Made by a program: the position numbers and the translations under genes | Shown here: positions 1-10,038 of the stretch, piece by piece | Position numbering within the stretch: position 1 is the first letter of the stretch | How the letters are laid out: each line of letters opens with the position of its first letter | Sequence record: PZ386975.1 | Length of the DNA stretch: 64,000 nucleotides | From: a phage | Direction: 5' to 3' (one strand) | The notes under the pieces: model-generated | What the model was told of the DNA's origin: nothing | Databases searched by the model: none | Seen by the model: only the letters and a program-made list of their open reading frames with translations

Positions 1-29
1 CACTGGCAAAAGCAGCAGCAATCATTTCT

Positions 30-227
30 ATGACTGGAAAGCAGGTTGGTGTAGATGCTTCAGCAGTTGCACAAGTTCTTGCAAGCCAAATTGAACAGCA
101 GCCTTACATCCACGTAGGACGTGGAAAAGGTGGTAAGAAACAAGCACATCGACCAACTGGTGCAGCAGCTATTAAACGAGCAGCTAAGAAAGCTCGTAAC
201 CGTAAACGCAATAAGAAGGCTAAATAA
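30..227 (+). CDS. hypothetical protein with very basic K/R-rich C-terminus; reading frame is open to the window start, so probably 5'-truncated
   Basis: ORF in co-oriented block; no in-frame stop upstream to position 3. Confidence 0.4.
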   Translation: MTGKQVGVDASAVAQVLASQIEQQPYIHVGRGKGGKKQAHRPTGAAAIKRAAKKARNRKRNKKAK

Positions 228-229
228 TC

Positions 230-550
230 ATGAGCAAAGTTTATAACACTCGCAAATTACAGATTTTCGTACTGTGCCAGTTTATGGCTAAAGAATACAA
301 CTTCTACTATTGTGGCACAGGTTTTATTAGCGACGATGATGGTTCATACCTACCATTTAAAGAAGCTGTGAAGCTCTTTAATGAAGAGAAAAACTCTAAG
401 AAAGATATCGAAAAGGTCAAGCTAACCTATAGCAAGAAAGATAAGAAGATTATCTGCCTAGATAACTTTGTAAAAGTTACTGGAGAAGCAAAAGAGTTTA
501 TGGATGAGAGTGAGATTTCATTCACAAGCATCTTGAAAGTAGCTCAGTAA
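230..550 (+). CDS. hypothetical protein (106 aa)
   Basis: ORF in co-oriented early block, followed by stem-loop near 560-590. Confidence 0.5.
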   Translation: MSKVYNTRKLQIFVLCQFMAKEYNFYYCGTGFISDDDGSYLPFKEAVKLFNEEKNSKKDIEKVKLTYSKKDKKIICLDNFVKVTGEAKEFMDESEISFTSILKVAQ

Positions 551-601
551 ACAGATACTATAAGGGAACCTTTACAGTTCCCTTTTTATTTTGGAGATAA
601 A

Positions 602-1117
602 ATGTATCTGTCAAACCTGAAACGTTCGGCTGCAATGTCAGTTCTAAGACTCAGCTTTGAGGAACGTCAAGAGTTCATTGACTCCCACCAATACGACCCT
701 TCTAACTCGAATCACATGGTTCTTTGGAATCGTGATAACTTCCGTGAAAGAGCACTTGTCCGTTATTACCCACACTACACAATAGATAACCTGTATGAAT
801 GGTGTGTTGTGAAGAACACTATTGCAACACTGAACAATCTTTGCAGGTATACAGGTAAGCAAGCATTTACATTAGGTCACCACAAACCTGTTACAAAGGG
901 TGGTGAGCATCACTGTGCAAACTGGTTTATCCAGACTAAACTTGATAACCAGAAGCAAGGAGATAGCCTTCTAAGCATCCCTAAGATGACCTATGAAGAG
1001 CAAGAGAAATATATCAAAAATAATATGCCAGATGTGCTTGACAACAACTATACAGATTTGGCAATATCTCTCCTGTTGAAGTTCGAGACAGTTTATAGGG
1101 CAACTTACAATGGCTAA
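602..1117 (+). CDS. putative HNH-type endonuclease-like protein
   Basis: motif LGHHKPVTKGGEHHCANW resembles the HH..GG..N core of HNH nucleases; RBS-like GGAG upstream. Confidence 0.45.
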   Translation: MYLSNLKRSAAMSVLRLSFEERQEFIDSHQYDPSNSNHMVLWNRDNFRERALVRYYPHYTIDNLYEWCVVKNTIATLNNLCRYTGKQAFTLGHHKPVTKGGEHHCANWFIQTKLDNQKQGDSLLSIPKMTYEEQEKYIKNNMPDVLDNNYTDLAISLLLKFETVYRATYNG

Positions 1118-1388
1118 AGAGAAGTGGGAGCTTTTACCATTAATCAGTGAAGGCGGTAATGGTTGTGAAATGTACATGATACGTGGTCATGTTCCAGAAC
1201 CAATTGCACTTGAGATGGTAAACAACTTTACAGATGGCTCTTACAAAGACTTAGAGGAGCCAACTATAAAGCAGCAATGGGTAAAGCCTGTACCAGATAG
1301 CACAGGTAACTGTAGTGTACTTTATCACGTTGTAGACCCTGCAAAATGCAAATCTGCAATGGCAGTAACAAACGTAACTTTTGATTGA
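1110..1388 (+). CDS. hypothetical protein (92 aa)
   Basis: ORF overlapping neighbours by a few nt (translational coupling pattern). Confidence 0.45.
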   Translation: MAKEKWELLPLISEGGNGCEMYMIRGHVPEPIALEMVNNFTDGSYKDLEEPTIKQQWVKPVPDSTGNCSVLYHVVDPAKCKSAMAVTNVTFD

Positions 1389-1399
1389 GAGGGAAAACT

Positions 1400-2281
1400 A
1401 TGAAAACTGTTATTGAAGCCGTCGTCACCGCACAAGAGAAATTCTTCCACACAGAAAAATTTAATATCATTCAATTCCCATCTGGAGAAATTGGTGGAAA
1501 CTTCTCTGAAGATTTTGTTAAGTTTACTGAGCGTAATGCTGGTAAGATTGATAATGTTATACTTACTGTACAGGGATATGACAAAGACACACTGTTTGCA
1601 TTAGCTTTGGCTAAAGATGCCGTTGACAGTCTTGTTCCCCAGAAATCAGCGATGAAAACCGTTGTTTTCGGGTTCTTACCAAATGCTCGATATGACCGCC
1701 ACATGTTCAAAGGTGATGCAGCAGCACTGAAAGTCTTTGCCAACCTCGTTAATGCAATGGGTTTTGATGCAGTATGTGCTCTTGACCCTCACAGTAATGT
1801 TGCAGAAAACTTATTTAAGTGCTTTCAGAGCATGAAGCAAAAAGATGTTGCAGCACACTTTGCAAGTGACCCACGCATTGATTTCTTGGTAGCCCCAGAT
1901 GCAGGTGCAGCTAAGAAGACTGAAAATACCGCTAAAGAAGTGGATAAACCGTATATCACAATGTCTAAGGTACGTAACCTTAAGACTGGTGAAATTACTG
2001 GTATGCGAATCCTTGATGATGTTGATTTGACAGATAAAACTGTCATGATTCTGGATGATATTTGTGATGGAGGCCGAACCTTCGTAGAGGCAGCGAAACA
2101 CCTACGCGAAGCAGGTGCAAAACGTGTGGAACTATATGTAACACATGGAATTTTCTCTAAAGGTGTTGAAAACTTGCTTGACAACGGAATCGACCATATC
2201 TACACTACAAACACTTTAGGTGAAGCTAAAGACCGTGGATTAACACATTATGGTCAAGTTACTGTAGCAAACATTGATTGA
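1400..2281 (+). CDS. ribose-phosphate pyrophosphokinase (Prs/PRPP-synthetase) family protein; candidate ADP-ribose pyrophosphokinase of a NAD+ reconstitution pathway
   Basis: C-terminal PRPP-binding loop VMILDDICDGGRTFVEAAKHLREAGAKRVELYVTHGIFS matches the Prs signature; start moved to ATG 1400 with GAGGGA RBS; terminator hairpin 2291-2307. Confidence 0.8.
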   Translation: MKTVIEAVVTAQEKFFHTEKFNIIQFPSGEIGGNFSEDFVKFTERNAGKIDNVILTVQGYDKDTLFALALAKDAVDSLVPQKSAMKTVVFGFLPNARYDRHMFKGDAAALKVFANLVNAMGFDAVCALDPHSNVAENLFKCFQSMKQKDVAAHFASDPRIDFLVAPDAGAAKKTENTAKEVDKPYITMSKVRNLKTGEITGMRILDDVDLTDKTVMILDDICDGGRTFVEAAKHLREAGAKRVELYVTHGIFSKGVENLLDNGIDHIYTTNTLGEAKDRGLTHYGQVTVANID

Positions 2282-2327
2282 AACTTTATAGGGGGCTTCA
2301 AAGCCCCATTTTGAGAGAGATTAAAAG

Positions 2328-4109
2328 ATGACTAAATCACTTTATGCAGTACCAGCAGGTTTAAATGCGGACGCTTACAAGTCTGGCCATATATACCAGT
2401 ACCCCAGTGCAACAGAGTACTTGATGTTCAACCTGACACCACGTAGCGACAAATGGTTTAACAGCCCTTTGGCAATTGACGGTGTAGTGGCTTTTGGTAT
2501 TCAACGTTTTGTTAAAGATTACTTGATAGACCACTGGAATGCCACTTTCTTTGAACGTGATAAAAAAGAAGCAATTGACGAAATCTTAGAAGTCATGAAT
2601 GGTGTTCTGGGTAAAGATGCTATCGGTCGGGAGCATTGGGAAGCACTTCACGACTTAGGTTATCTACCAGTTGGAGTATACGCTGTAGAAGAAGGCACAG
2701 TTGTCCCTATGCGTGTTCCGATGATTGTTTTCCAGAACACTGTTTCAGGTTTCCATTGGGTAGCAGGTTATCTAGAAGATGCTTTCTCTGCTGAGATTTG
2801 GAAGGCTTGTACCATTGCAACTATTGCATTGCACTACAAACGTATCTGTAAGAAGTGGGCTGACCTTACTTGTGATAACGACTTACATTTACCTTATCAG
2901 TGCCATGACTTTGCTATGCGTGGTATGTCCGGCTTTACTGATGACGCATTTAACGCTGTAGGCCACTTAACCAGCTTTAAAGGGACTGATAGCTTCCCTG
3001 CTGTATATACAGCTAAACGCATCTACGGACAGTCTTACCCAGTCTCTGATATTGGTGGTTCTGTACCAGCCACTGAACACTCTGTAATGTGTGCAAACAT
3101 TGCTTGGGAAGGTGGTAATGAATTGATTGAAGAAGAAAGACGCTTTAAAGGTGAATTACAAACCTTCCGTCGCTTCTTAACAGAAACTTATCCAACTGGT
3201 ATTGCAAGTGTTGTTTCAGATACTTATAACTTCTGGAGAACTGTGTCAGAAATCTTACCAGCACTCCGTAAAGAAATTATGGAACGTGATGGTAAACTGG
3301 TGATTCGTCCTGACTCTGGAGACCCTGTACATATTGTCACAGGCTATAAAGCAATCCACTTAGAGTGTGCTAAGAAGGCTTATTACGAGCACCTGAGCAA
3401 GCTGGAAGCTAGTGACACAATGCTGAATGCTGTTCTGAACATGAAGCTTGAAAACATCAACTATGGTATTGCTGGATGGCTACTGTCAGAAGGCTACGAA
3501 ATGGTTGTTGACAGAGAAGACTTTGAAGTTGCGGATACAGTATTGCTAAAGAACGCTTATATGGTTGGTTCTGCAAACGTTGTAACACGCCCTGTAGCAG
3601 AGATTGATGGAGCTATTAAGACACTGTACAACATCTTTGGAGGGACTATCAACTCTAAAGGGTTTAAGGTACTGGATGAGCACATCGGCCTTATCTATGG
3701 TGACTCTATCACACTGGAACGTGCAAACGAAATCCTGAAGCGCCTGTATGAAATGGGTTTTGCAAGCTCTAACGTAGTGTTTGGCGTAGGCTCTTACACT
3801 TACCAGTACATGACTCGTGACACCTTTGCATTTGCTGTCAAAGCAACTCTTGCAAGCATTGGTGGTAAAGAGGTTATGCTTGCAAAAGACCCTAAAACAG
3901 ATAGTGGTGTTAAGAAGTCTGCTTTTGGTGGTGTAGCACCTATGTGGGATGGTGATAAGTTGAAAGCTGTAGATGGCTATGGATTCCAGAGCTTTGCAGA
4001 TGCACTTGAACATCCAGCTTGTGCTTTACGTTTAGTCTTTAGTGACTCTGAGCAGTACGGTTACACATCTCTTGGTGATATTCGAAATAATATTGACAAG
4101 CAGCTTTAA
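2328..4109 (+). CDS. nicotinamide phosphoribosyltransferase (NAMPT/NadV) family protein, 593 aa; candidate NAD+-forming transferase
   Basis: MRGMSGF...SFKGTDSFPAV...SVPATEHSV aligns by eye to the NAMPT active-site region (GYRGVSS...NFKGTDT...SVPAAEHST); directly downstream of the Prs-like gene. Confidence 0.85.
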   Translation: MTKSLYAVPAGLNADAYKSGHIYQYPSATEYLMFNLTPRSDKWFNSPLAIDGVVAFGIQRFVKDYLIDHWNATFFERDKKEAIDEILEVMNGVLGKDAIGREHWEALHDLGYLPVGVYAVEEGTVVPMRVPMIVFQNTVSGFHWVAGYLEDAFSAEIWKACTIATIALHYKRICKKWADLTCDNDLHLPYQCHDFAMRGMSGFTDDAFNAVGHLTSFKGTDSFPAVYTAKRIYGQSYPVSDIGGSVPATEHSVMCANIAWEGGNELIEEERRFKGELQTFRRFLTETYPTGIASVVSDTYNFWRTVSEILPALRKEIMERDGKLVIRPDSGDPVHIVTGYKAIHLECAKKAYYEHLSKLEASDTMLNAVLNMKLENINYGIAGWLLSEGYEMVVDREDFEVADTVLLKNAYMVGSANVVTRPVAEIDGAIKTLYNIFGGTINSKGFKVLDEHIGLIYGDSITLERANEILKRLYEMGFASSNVVFGVGSYTYQYMTRDTFAFAVKATLASIGGKEVMLAKDPKTDSGVKKSAFGGVAPMWDGDKLKAVDGYGFQSFADALEHPACALRLVFSDSEQYGYTSLGDIRNNIDKQL

Positions 4110-4162
4110 AAGTATATGATAAGAGGCTCCTACGGGAGCCTTTTTAATTTCTGGAGAAAACT

Positions 4163-4498
4163 ATGAAAATCAAAGAGATGAACATCAACGTTGTCTTAGA
4201 AGAACGTTGGGAGAACATTAAGAAGCCTGAAGATGGTAAAAAGTTCCTTAACAAAATTTTAGTAGCAGCTAAAGAAGAACTGACTGGGAAGATTGCAGCA
4301 GCAATCACAATAAAGGTTTGTGTAAAAGGTCTTCCACAACATCACCAGTTTGCTCTTGACGAGTTTAAAGAAAGCTTCTACAATCCAAATAAACAGATGC
4401 TTGAAAGTAACTTTGCAGTATCTACAAGTATCGTTCATGACAGAAGCTTTATCCTTTACAAAAACATGAGAGGTGAGTCATGCAAGCATATTGGATAG
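4163..4498 (+). CDS. hypothetical protein (111 aa)
   Basis: ORF with RBS after rho-independent terminator 4123-4146. Confidence 0.5.
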   Translation: MKIKEMNINVVLEERWENIKKPEDGKKFLNKILVAAKEELTGKIAAAITIKVCVKGLPQHHQFALDEFKESFYNPNKQMLESNFAVSTSIVHDRSFILYKNMRGESCKHIG

Positions 4499-4656
4499 AA
4501 ATTTTACTGTCACTTGGTAGTGTAGCAGTATTTGTTTACCTTCTTTGCAAGTACTATGCAGAGCACAAGAAGTGTGATTACTGCAACGGGGAAGGGTATA
4601 CAAGAGCAGGCTGTTGCCCTATTTGTGGCGGTTCTGGTAAAATGTTTAATAAGTAA
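4480..4656 (+). CDS. small membrane protein (58 aa) with DnaJ-type zinc finger (two CxxCxGxG motifs)
   Basis: ATG 4480 after AGAGGTGAG; hydrophobic N-terminal helix then CDYCNGEG and CPICGGSG; below the 60-aa cutoff of the ORF track. Confidence 0.45.
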   Translation: MQAYWIEILLSLGSVAVFVYLLCKYYAEHKKCDYCNGEGYTRAGCCPICGGSGKMFNK

Positions 4657-4684
4657 TTTAACAGTAAACTAAGAGGAAAGTATT

Positions 4685-7051
4685 ATGCGCATGGTAAACG
4701 ACCACGCAGAAGTGATTAAGAGTTCAACTTCTTTGGAGACATCTCAAGCACAGATTACAATGACACCTGAAATGTTCAGCCTTTTAAGTTCAGGTGTATA
4801 CACATTTAAAGAAAGGGCAGTGATTCGTGAACTGTCATGTAACGCAGTAGATGCTCAAAAAGAAGCTGGAAAAGAGAACATCCCATTCCATGTGCATTTA
4901 CCTACTCGATTTGAGCCTTACTTTGAAGTCCGTGACTTTGGAACTGGTTTAACCCATGACAAAGTAATGAGTTTGTATCTGAACTATGGGGCTTCTACGA
5001 AGAATGACTCCAATGATTACATTGGTGCAATGGGTATCGGCTCAAAATCCCCATTTGCAATTGCTCAGTCATTCACAGTATCTAGCTATGTTGATGGTGT
5101 TGTTAATAAGTACTCTGTTTACCTTGAGAATGGTATCCCTCAAGTAACTAAGCTTACTACCAACCCAACAAATGAACCCAATGGTTTAGCTGTACGTGTA
5201 GCAGTTGCTGACCATCGTATTTCAAAGTTCTTTGAAGAGGCTGGTCACGTATACTCATACTTTGCTGTAAAACCAGAAAGTAACGTTGTATATGATGATG
5301 TATTAGCAGATATGAATGTCATTGCCCGTGAAGAGGGTGTTTATGATGCTATGATTCATAAGCAAAGCTGGCGTTCTAGTGGCAACAGGACAGAGTTTAA
5401 TGTGGTGATGGGTAATATTGCCTACCCAGTGAACATGGAAGCATTACTTGGTGATGATTTCTTCAAAGTCTTGCCAGAGTTTTTCCGTAGGAGCGTAGAC
5501 CTTGTAAACATCTACATGCCTATTGGTTCAGTGGCTATTGCAGCTTCTCGTGAAGCATTGCAGATGAATGACACGACAAAAAATGTTATCATTGAGGCTA
5601 CTAAAAAGATAACTGAAGCCATTACAAAGGATGTTATCAAGAAAGTTAACAGCCAACCTACACTCATGGATGCTGCACAGGCTTATGCTGAGTTACGTTT
5701 GAACTCACGAGAGATGTTTAATGCTGTGTGTCCAAAGCTAGAGTGGGGAGGCGTTAAGCTTGATTCTCTGGAAGAAGAATTACTAAACATTCGTCGTGGG
5801 ATTATCTACGCAGAAGACGGCTCAGTCATTTATGAACGTGACGGTAAAGGTAATATCAAGGTTGATAGGAACGGGAACAATATCCCTAAAGTGGATTATC
5901 TTTATAATCCAGTTGCTTATGTCAAGTTCAACTCTTTAGAGAGTAAGATTCGTGCAACAGCACTTTCCTACACTCAAGAGGCAAGTATGTTCAATATCTT
6001 TGGTGCAATGCGTAAAAGCCAAATTGAACAGTTTTTGTTCGTGATTAATGACCGTCGTAATAAAAATGGCACTGAGAAGACTGTAGGCCGCAATCAGATT
6101 CTGCGTGGTGCATGTCGAGACTACGCTAACGAGTCAAGCCTGTTCCACAGATACAATGGTATTGTGTTTGTATTCTCGACTGAAAAAGAGTTAGATGATT
6201 TAATCAATCTGCATAAACTTGATAAAAGTTTGTTAAAGATTGTGAAGATGTCTGATAAGGAACACCATTATCAGCGTAAAGAAGCTGTGAGGGGTGTTGT
6301 AAAACTCTGGAAAGCTGTTCCATCAGAAACTAAAGCTTCATACACAGAGGTGTCAGAAGACCTAGATACAATTGAAGAACCCCAGCTTTATATCAAGGCA
6401 GTAGGCGACACAGTTGATGGTGAATGTTTTTGCTCATCCCCAGAAGATGTAGCTAAAACAATTGCTAATGTTATAGGAAAAACAGTCTATGTTTTCCGAA
6501 AAGCAAATTGGAAAAAGATACCAGAAGACTGGATTGAAGTAGATGAGAAGCTATTGAATGACAGCTTAACTGATGTTCACTGGATTAATCATAACAGGTA
6601 TATGACACGTATCTATATGAATGGTGTCCTTGACCTTACAAGTAGTTGGATTATTGCCAGAAACTTTACGTTTAATAACAAGAAGATTTCTCGCGGGTAT
6701 TGCTATTCACGAGATACAAACAAAACCATCTTCTTAGAAGGTAATGAGAATGCTGTTGAGGCAATGTTTGGTAAGATTCAGTATGTGGCTGCACCGTTTG
6801 CATACACTTACACTATCAGTGTTCTTCAGGATTTGAAGTCATGCCTTGACAATGATACAAAACTGTACAAAAAGATTAAGAAAGCGGGTGACCGCATGGT
6901 TATCAAACTGACAAACTACCTTTCAAAAAGAAAACAAGAAAACTTCTTGCTTTCCCATTTAGATTGGAATAAAGTGTCACCCATCGAAGTGAGTAAGTTC
7001 TTAGGCTTTGATGTGAAGTGTGTTCCAGAAGGGACTACAATTTACGATTAA
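4685..7051 (+). CDS. rIIA: rIIA-like protein with N-terminal GHKL (Bergerat-fold) ATPase domain
   Basis: N-box ELSCNAVDA, G1 box VRDFGTGL, G2 box GAMGIGSKSPF; 788 aa; followed by candidate rIIB. Confidence 0.6.
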   Translation: MRMVNDHAEVIKSSTSLETSQAQITMTPEMFSLLSSGVYTFKERAVIRELSCNAVDAQKEAGKENIPFHVHLPTRFEPYFEVRDFGTGLTHDKVMSLYLNYGASTKNDSNDYIGAMGIGSKSPFAIAQSFTVSSYVDGVVNKYSVYLENGIPQVTKLTTNPTNEPNGLAVRVAVADHRISKFFEEAGHVYSYFAVKPESNVVYDDVLADMNVIAREEGVYDAMIHKQSWRSSGNRTEFNVVMGNIAYPVNMEALLGDDFFKVLPEFFRRSVDLVNIYMPIGSVAIAASREALQMNDTTKNVIIEATKKITEAITKDVIKKVNSQPTLMDAAQAYAELRLNSREMFNAVCPKLEWGGVKLDSLEEELLNIRRGIIYAEDGSVIYERDGKGNIKVDRNGNNIPKVDYLYNPVAYVKFNSLESKIRATALSYTQEASMFNIFGAMRKSQIEQFLFVINDRRNKNGTEKTVGRNQILRGACRDYANESSLFHRYNGIVFVFSTEKELDDLINLHKLDKSLLKIVKMSDKEHHYQRKEAVRGVVKLWKAVPSETKASYTEVSEDLDTIEEPQLYIKAVGDTVDGECFCSSPEDVAKTIANVIGKTVYVFRKANWKKIPEDWIEVDEKLLNDSLTDVHWINHNRYMTRIYMNGVLDLTSSWIIARNFTFNNKKISRGYCYSRDTNKTIFLEGNENAVEAMFGKIQYVAAPFAYTYTISVLQDLKSCLDNDTKLYKKIKKAGDRMVIKLTNYLSKRKQENFLLSHLDWNKVSPIEVSKFLGFDVKCVPEGTTIYD

Positions 7052-7130
7052 AGTGTTTGACAAGGGGCTTTGAAGCCCCTTAGAATAGCCTTACAAAATG
7101 ATTTATTAACTAACAAGAGAGAGTAATAAG

Positions 7131-8240
7131 ATGACTATTAAAACTAAAGCACAGATTGACGCAGAAATTTACAAACTGGTTAAAGAGGGTAAGCTGACTA
7201 AAACAGCTATTGCACAGAAATTTAACACCTCAACCCGTTCAGTCGGTCGTGCTGTAGAGCGTCATGAAGCAACCTTAAAAGGTAAGAAAAAGGTAGCTTC
7301 TAAACCAGCTACGAAGACTTTGAAGCAAGTTGCTAAATCAGTTAAAAAGAAAGCTGGAAAACCAGTTGAAAATGTTGTTAAAGAGACTGTACAAAAGGCT
7401 CCGGTAAATAAACTACACGAAGCTATGCAGAATGGTAACCAGATTGAGTATATGATTACTGGCGATTCTGTTATCATGACTTTCGGTGCAGATTCTGAAA
7501 TCGTTGAATCTACCCATCCGAACTACAAAGAAATCGTAATGGCTGTTGTATCCGGTGAGTATAAGAAAGCTTTCGAACTGATGAACATTCGTAAATCTAT
7601 CGAAAACTTCACTCAGGGTGCTATCACCATCAAAGGTGACAAGTTATTCTACGGTACTGTTGAGATGCGTTCTACTCTGGTTGACCGTATTCTTCACATG
7701 ATGAAGACTGGAGATAAAGGTTTTGAACGCCTTGTGATGTTCTTCGAAAAACTGATGGAAAACCCATCTAAAGACTCTGTAGAACAACTTTGGGGCTTTG
7801 TATCTCACCTTGATGTTGAAATTGATGAAGAAGGCTACATCATTGGTTGGAAGAAAGTCTCTACTCGTGAAGGCAAGCTGGTTGACTCCCACACCTACAA
7901 AGTACCTAATGATTTGGGTAACATTGTAGAAATGCCACGTTGGATGGTTGATAACAACCGTAACGTGACTTGCTCTCAAGGTCTTCATGTTGGTGCTTGG
8001 GACTATGTTCGTTGCTTCTCAGGTGATACAATCCTGAAGGTTCGTGTCCATCCACGAGATGTTGTATCTGTTCCAACTGATTACAACGATATGAAGATGC
8101 GTTCGTCTCGTTATGAAGTTGCAGCAATCGTTGATAATCAACGTAAAGTGCTGAAAGCATGGGATGGCAAGACTGAAGCTTTGCATGTCATCGTTGGCAC
8201 TGCTGGAGAACTTATCTCCCAACGTAAACGTGAAATCTAA
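7131..8240 (+). CDS. rIIB: putative rIIB-like protein (369 aa)
   Basis: size and position immediately after rIIA-like gene; no motif confirmed. Confidence 0.35.
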   Translation: MTIKTKAQIDAEIYKLVKEGKLTKTAIAQKFNTSTRSVGRAVERHEATLKGKKKVASKPATKTLKQVAKSVKKKAGKPVENVVKETVQKAPVNKLHEAMQNGNQIEYMITGDSVIMTFGADSEIVESTHPNYKEIVMAVVSGEYKKAFELMNIRKSIENFTQGAITIKGDKLFYGTVEMRSTLVDRILHMMKTGDKGFERLVMFFEKLMENPSKDSVEQLWGFVSHLDVEIDEEGYIIGWKKVSTREGKLVDSHTYKVPNDLGNIVEMPRWMVDNNRNVTCSQGLHVGAWDYVRCFSGDTILKVRVHPRDVVSVPTDYNDMKMRSSRYEVAAIVDNQRKVLKAWDGKTEALHVIVGTAGELISQRKREI

Positions 8241-8341
8241 TAAGTAATTTCTTAAAAGGCTGCTTCGGCGGCCTTTTTTTATTTGTATTTTGTGCAGAGT
8301 GCTGTATAATTGTTGTCACGATAAACTAAACAGGAGAACCA

Positions 8342-8890
8342 ATGAAGAAATTGATTCTAGGTTTGTGCTTAATGTTTACAGCACACTTATCTTATGCAGT
8401 TGACTGCCCAGAGCTATCAATTAGCCAAAAAGTAAACATGTTAAAAGCTTACCAGTATGGTGAGAATAACATGGGTAAAGGTTGGGGTATCACTCTAGCT
8501 GCTATAGCCTTACAAGAGTCAGAGTTAGGCCTGAATGTAGAGAATAAAAAGACACATGATTATGGTATCTTCCAGAATCACTTGAAGACTGTTGTAAAGC
8601 GTAACAAAATCAGTCCTAATGTGGCTAAAAAGAAACTCTTAAAAGACTTTGACTATGCTGCGAAGGAAACGCACAAAGAGCTTGAGTTTTGGACAAAGGT
8701 GCATGGTCAGCCAAAGTCAAAGAAGACTTTACAAAAAGTTTTAGCATCTTATAATGCTGGGTATTCGTACAAAATCCCTAAAGCTAAGAAATATTCTCAA
8801 GATGTCTATAACAACATGAAAGCGATTGCTCAATGTGAATTTGCAACAAACATTTCTAAGGTAAATCATGAAAAAATTAAGAAAGTCTGA
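8342..8890 (+). CDS. secreted lytic transglycosylase-like (SLT domain) protein with signal peptide
   Basis: N-terminal MKKLILGLCLMFTAHLSYA signal; SLT-like motifs ALQESELG, GIFQ, SYNAGYS. Confidence 0.55.
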   Translation: MKKLILGLCLMFTAHLSYAVDCPELSISQKVNMLKAYQYGENNMGKGWGITLAAIALQESELGLNVENKKTHDYGIFQNHLKTVVKRNKISPNVAKKKLLKDFDYAAKETHKELEFWTKVHGQPKSKKTLQKVLASYNAGYSYKIPKAKKYSQDVYNNMKAIAQCEFATNISKVNHEKIKKV

Positions 8891-9563
8891 TGAAGTATTG
8901 TGCCATGCTTATGACTTACATCCTCATGAGTTAGGTCTTGATTCCTGTGTATGGACTCCAGAACAGTGCAGGGATTTTGAAGACACAGCAAGAGAAGTTG
9001 TATGTTCACTTGAAGAGTTCCACACAACAGAGCCAATTGTGAATGTTGTAGATAAAGAGACTGGACAAGCTATAGGTGTAAGTCGTGACAGCTTATTCAT
9101 AGTCAATAAAGACCTTGTAGAAAAAGGTAACCTCATCTTAGCAGATATTGATGGTGTTCTTACAAATTTTAATCACGAAGATTGTTCAACGGAATTGACT
9201 GATGGTTCATTTTCACAGTACACTAATCTTCTTGACTCTGTAAGAGCAAAACCAACGTATGTTTTCAATATCATTGATGCAATTGCTAATCATGCTGCCG
9301 TTGGACTCTTGACAGCGAGAGGCGAATCTCAGAGAATACCTACTGAGATGTTTTTAAGGCATAACACAGAGCATGATTATATGCTTTTTATGCGTGGTTT
9401 TGGAACTAACTCTATAAGTGCAGAAAGTTTGAAAGTGAGGATGATTCAGTCTTGCATTCTGCCTTACTTTAATATAGTATGTTTTATAGAAGATACAGAG
9501 AAGAATGTGCAGAAGGTGAACAGAATCCTTCCACACATCAAAACCATGTTAGTTAAACATTGA
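8868..9563 (+). CDS. hypothetical protein (231 aa)
   Basis: ORF in co-oriented block. Confidence 0.5.
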   Translation: MKKLRKSDEVLCHAYDLHPHELGLDSCVWTPEQCRDFEDTAREVVCSLEEFHTTEPIVNVVDKETGQAIGVSRDSLFIVNKDLVEKGNLILADIDGVLTNFNHEDCSTELTDGSFSQYTNLLDSVRAKPTYVFNIIDAIANHAAVGLLTARGESQRIPTEMFLRHNTEHDYMLFMRGFGTNSISAESLKVRMIQSCILPYFNIVCFIEDTEKNVQKVNRILPHIKTMLVKH

Positions 9564-9573
9564 GAGAAAACTT

Positions 9574-10038
9574 ATGAACAATATCATTACGGTAGCACTG
9601 GACGTTACGGCAAACAAATCTGAAGTAGTTCGTAACATTATCAAGAGCAACTTTGAGGGTAAAATCTTCCGTGCTGTCAATGTAAAAGCAGACGGCAACA
9701 TCCGAGAGTATCGTGCTCTTTTGAATGTTAAGAAACACGTCAAAGGTTCTGGTTCAACGACTGCACACAAAGAAAACCTGATGACTATCTATGATATGGG
9801 GATGGCCTCAGAATTAGGTGCTGAAGGTATCGTTAAAGAAGGTGCTCCGTACCGCTCTTTCAATCTGGAAACTGCTCTTATGCTTTCCTTTACAAGTGGT
9901 TCTAAAACAACTACTTATCTCTTTACTGATGCTGCAACGGTATCTGCTATCAAGGATGGCACTGTCAAAGCTGGCGTAGTTGCTGCTGCAAAAGCTTCTT
10001 CGATGGCTGCGAATATCCTTGCTAAAGTCCTCAGTTAA
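9574..10038 (+). CDS. hypothetical protein (154 aa)
   Basis: ORF followed by terminator hairpin 10051-10072. Confidence 0.5.
   Translation: MNNIITVALDVTANKSEVVRNIIKSNFEGKIFRAVNVKADGNIREYRALLNVKKHVKGSGSTTAHKENLMTIYDMGMASELGAEGIVKEGAPYRSFNLETALMLSFTSGSKTTTYLFTDAATVSAIKDGTVKAGVVAAAKASSMAANILAKVLS

Noticed and set aside
1385-1399. Upstream ATG start (1385) for the Prs-like gene and the long track starts at 30053, 34321 and 35440
   Set aside because: In each case the upstream start lacks an RBS or overlaps a tRNA, while an internal ATG (1400, 30131, 34384, 35515) has a well-placed RBS.
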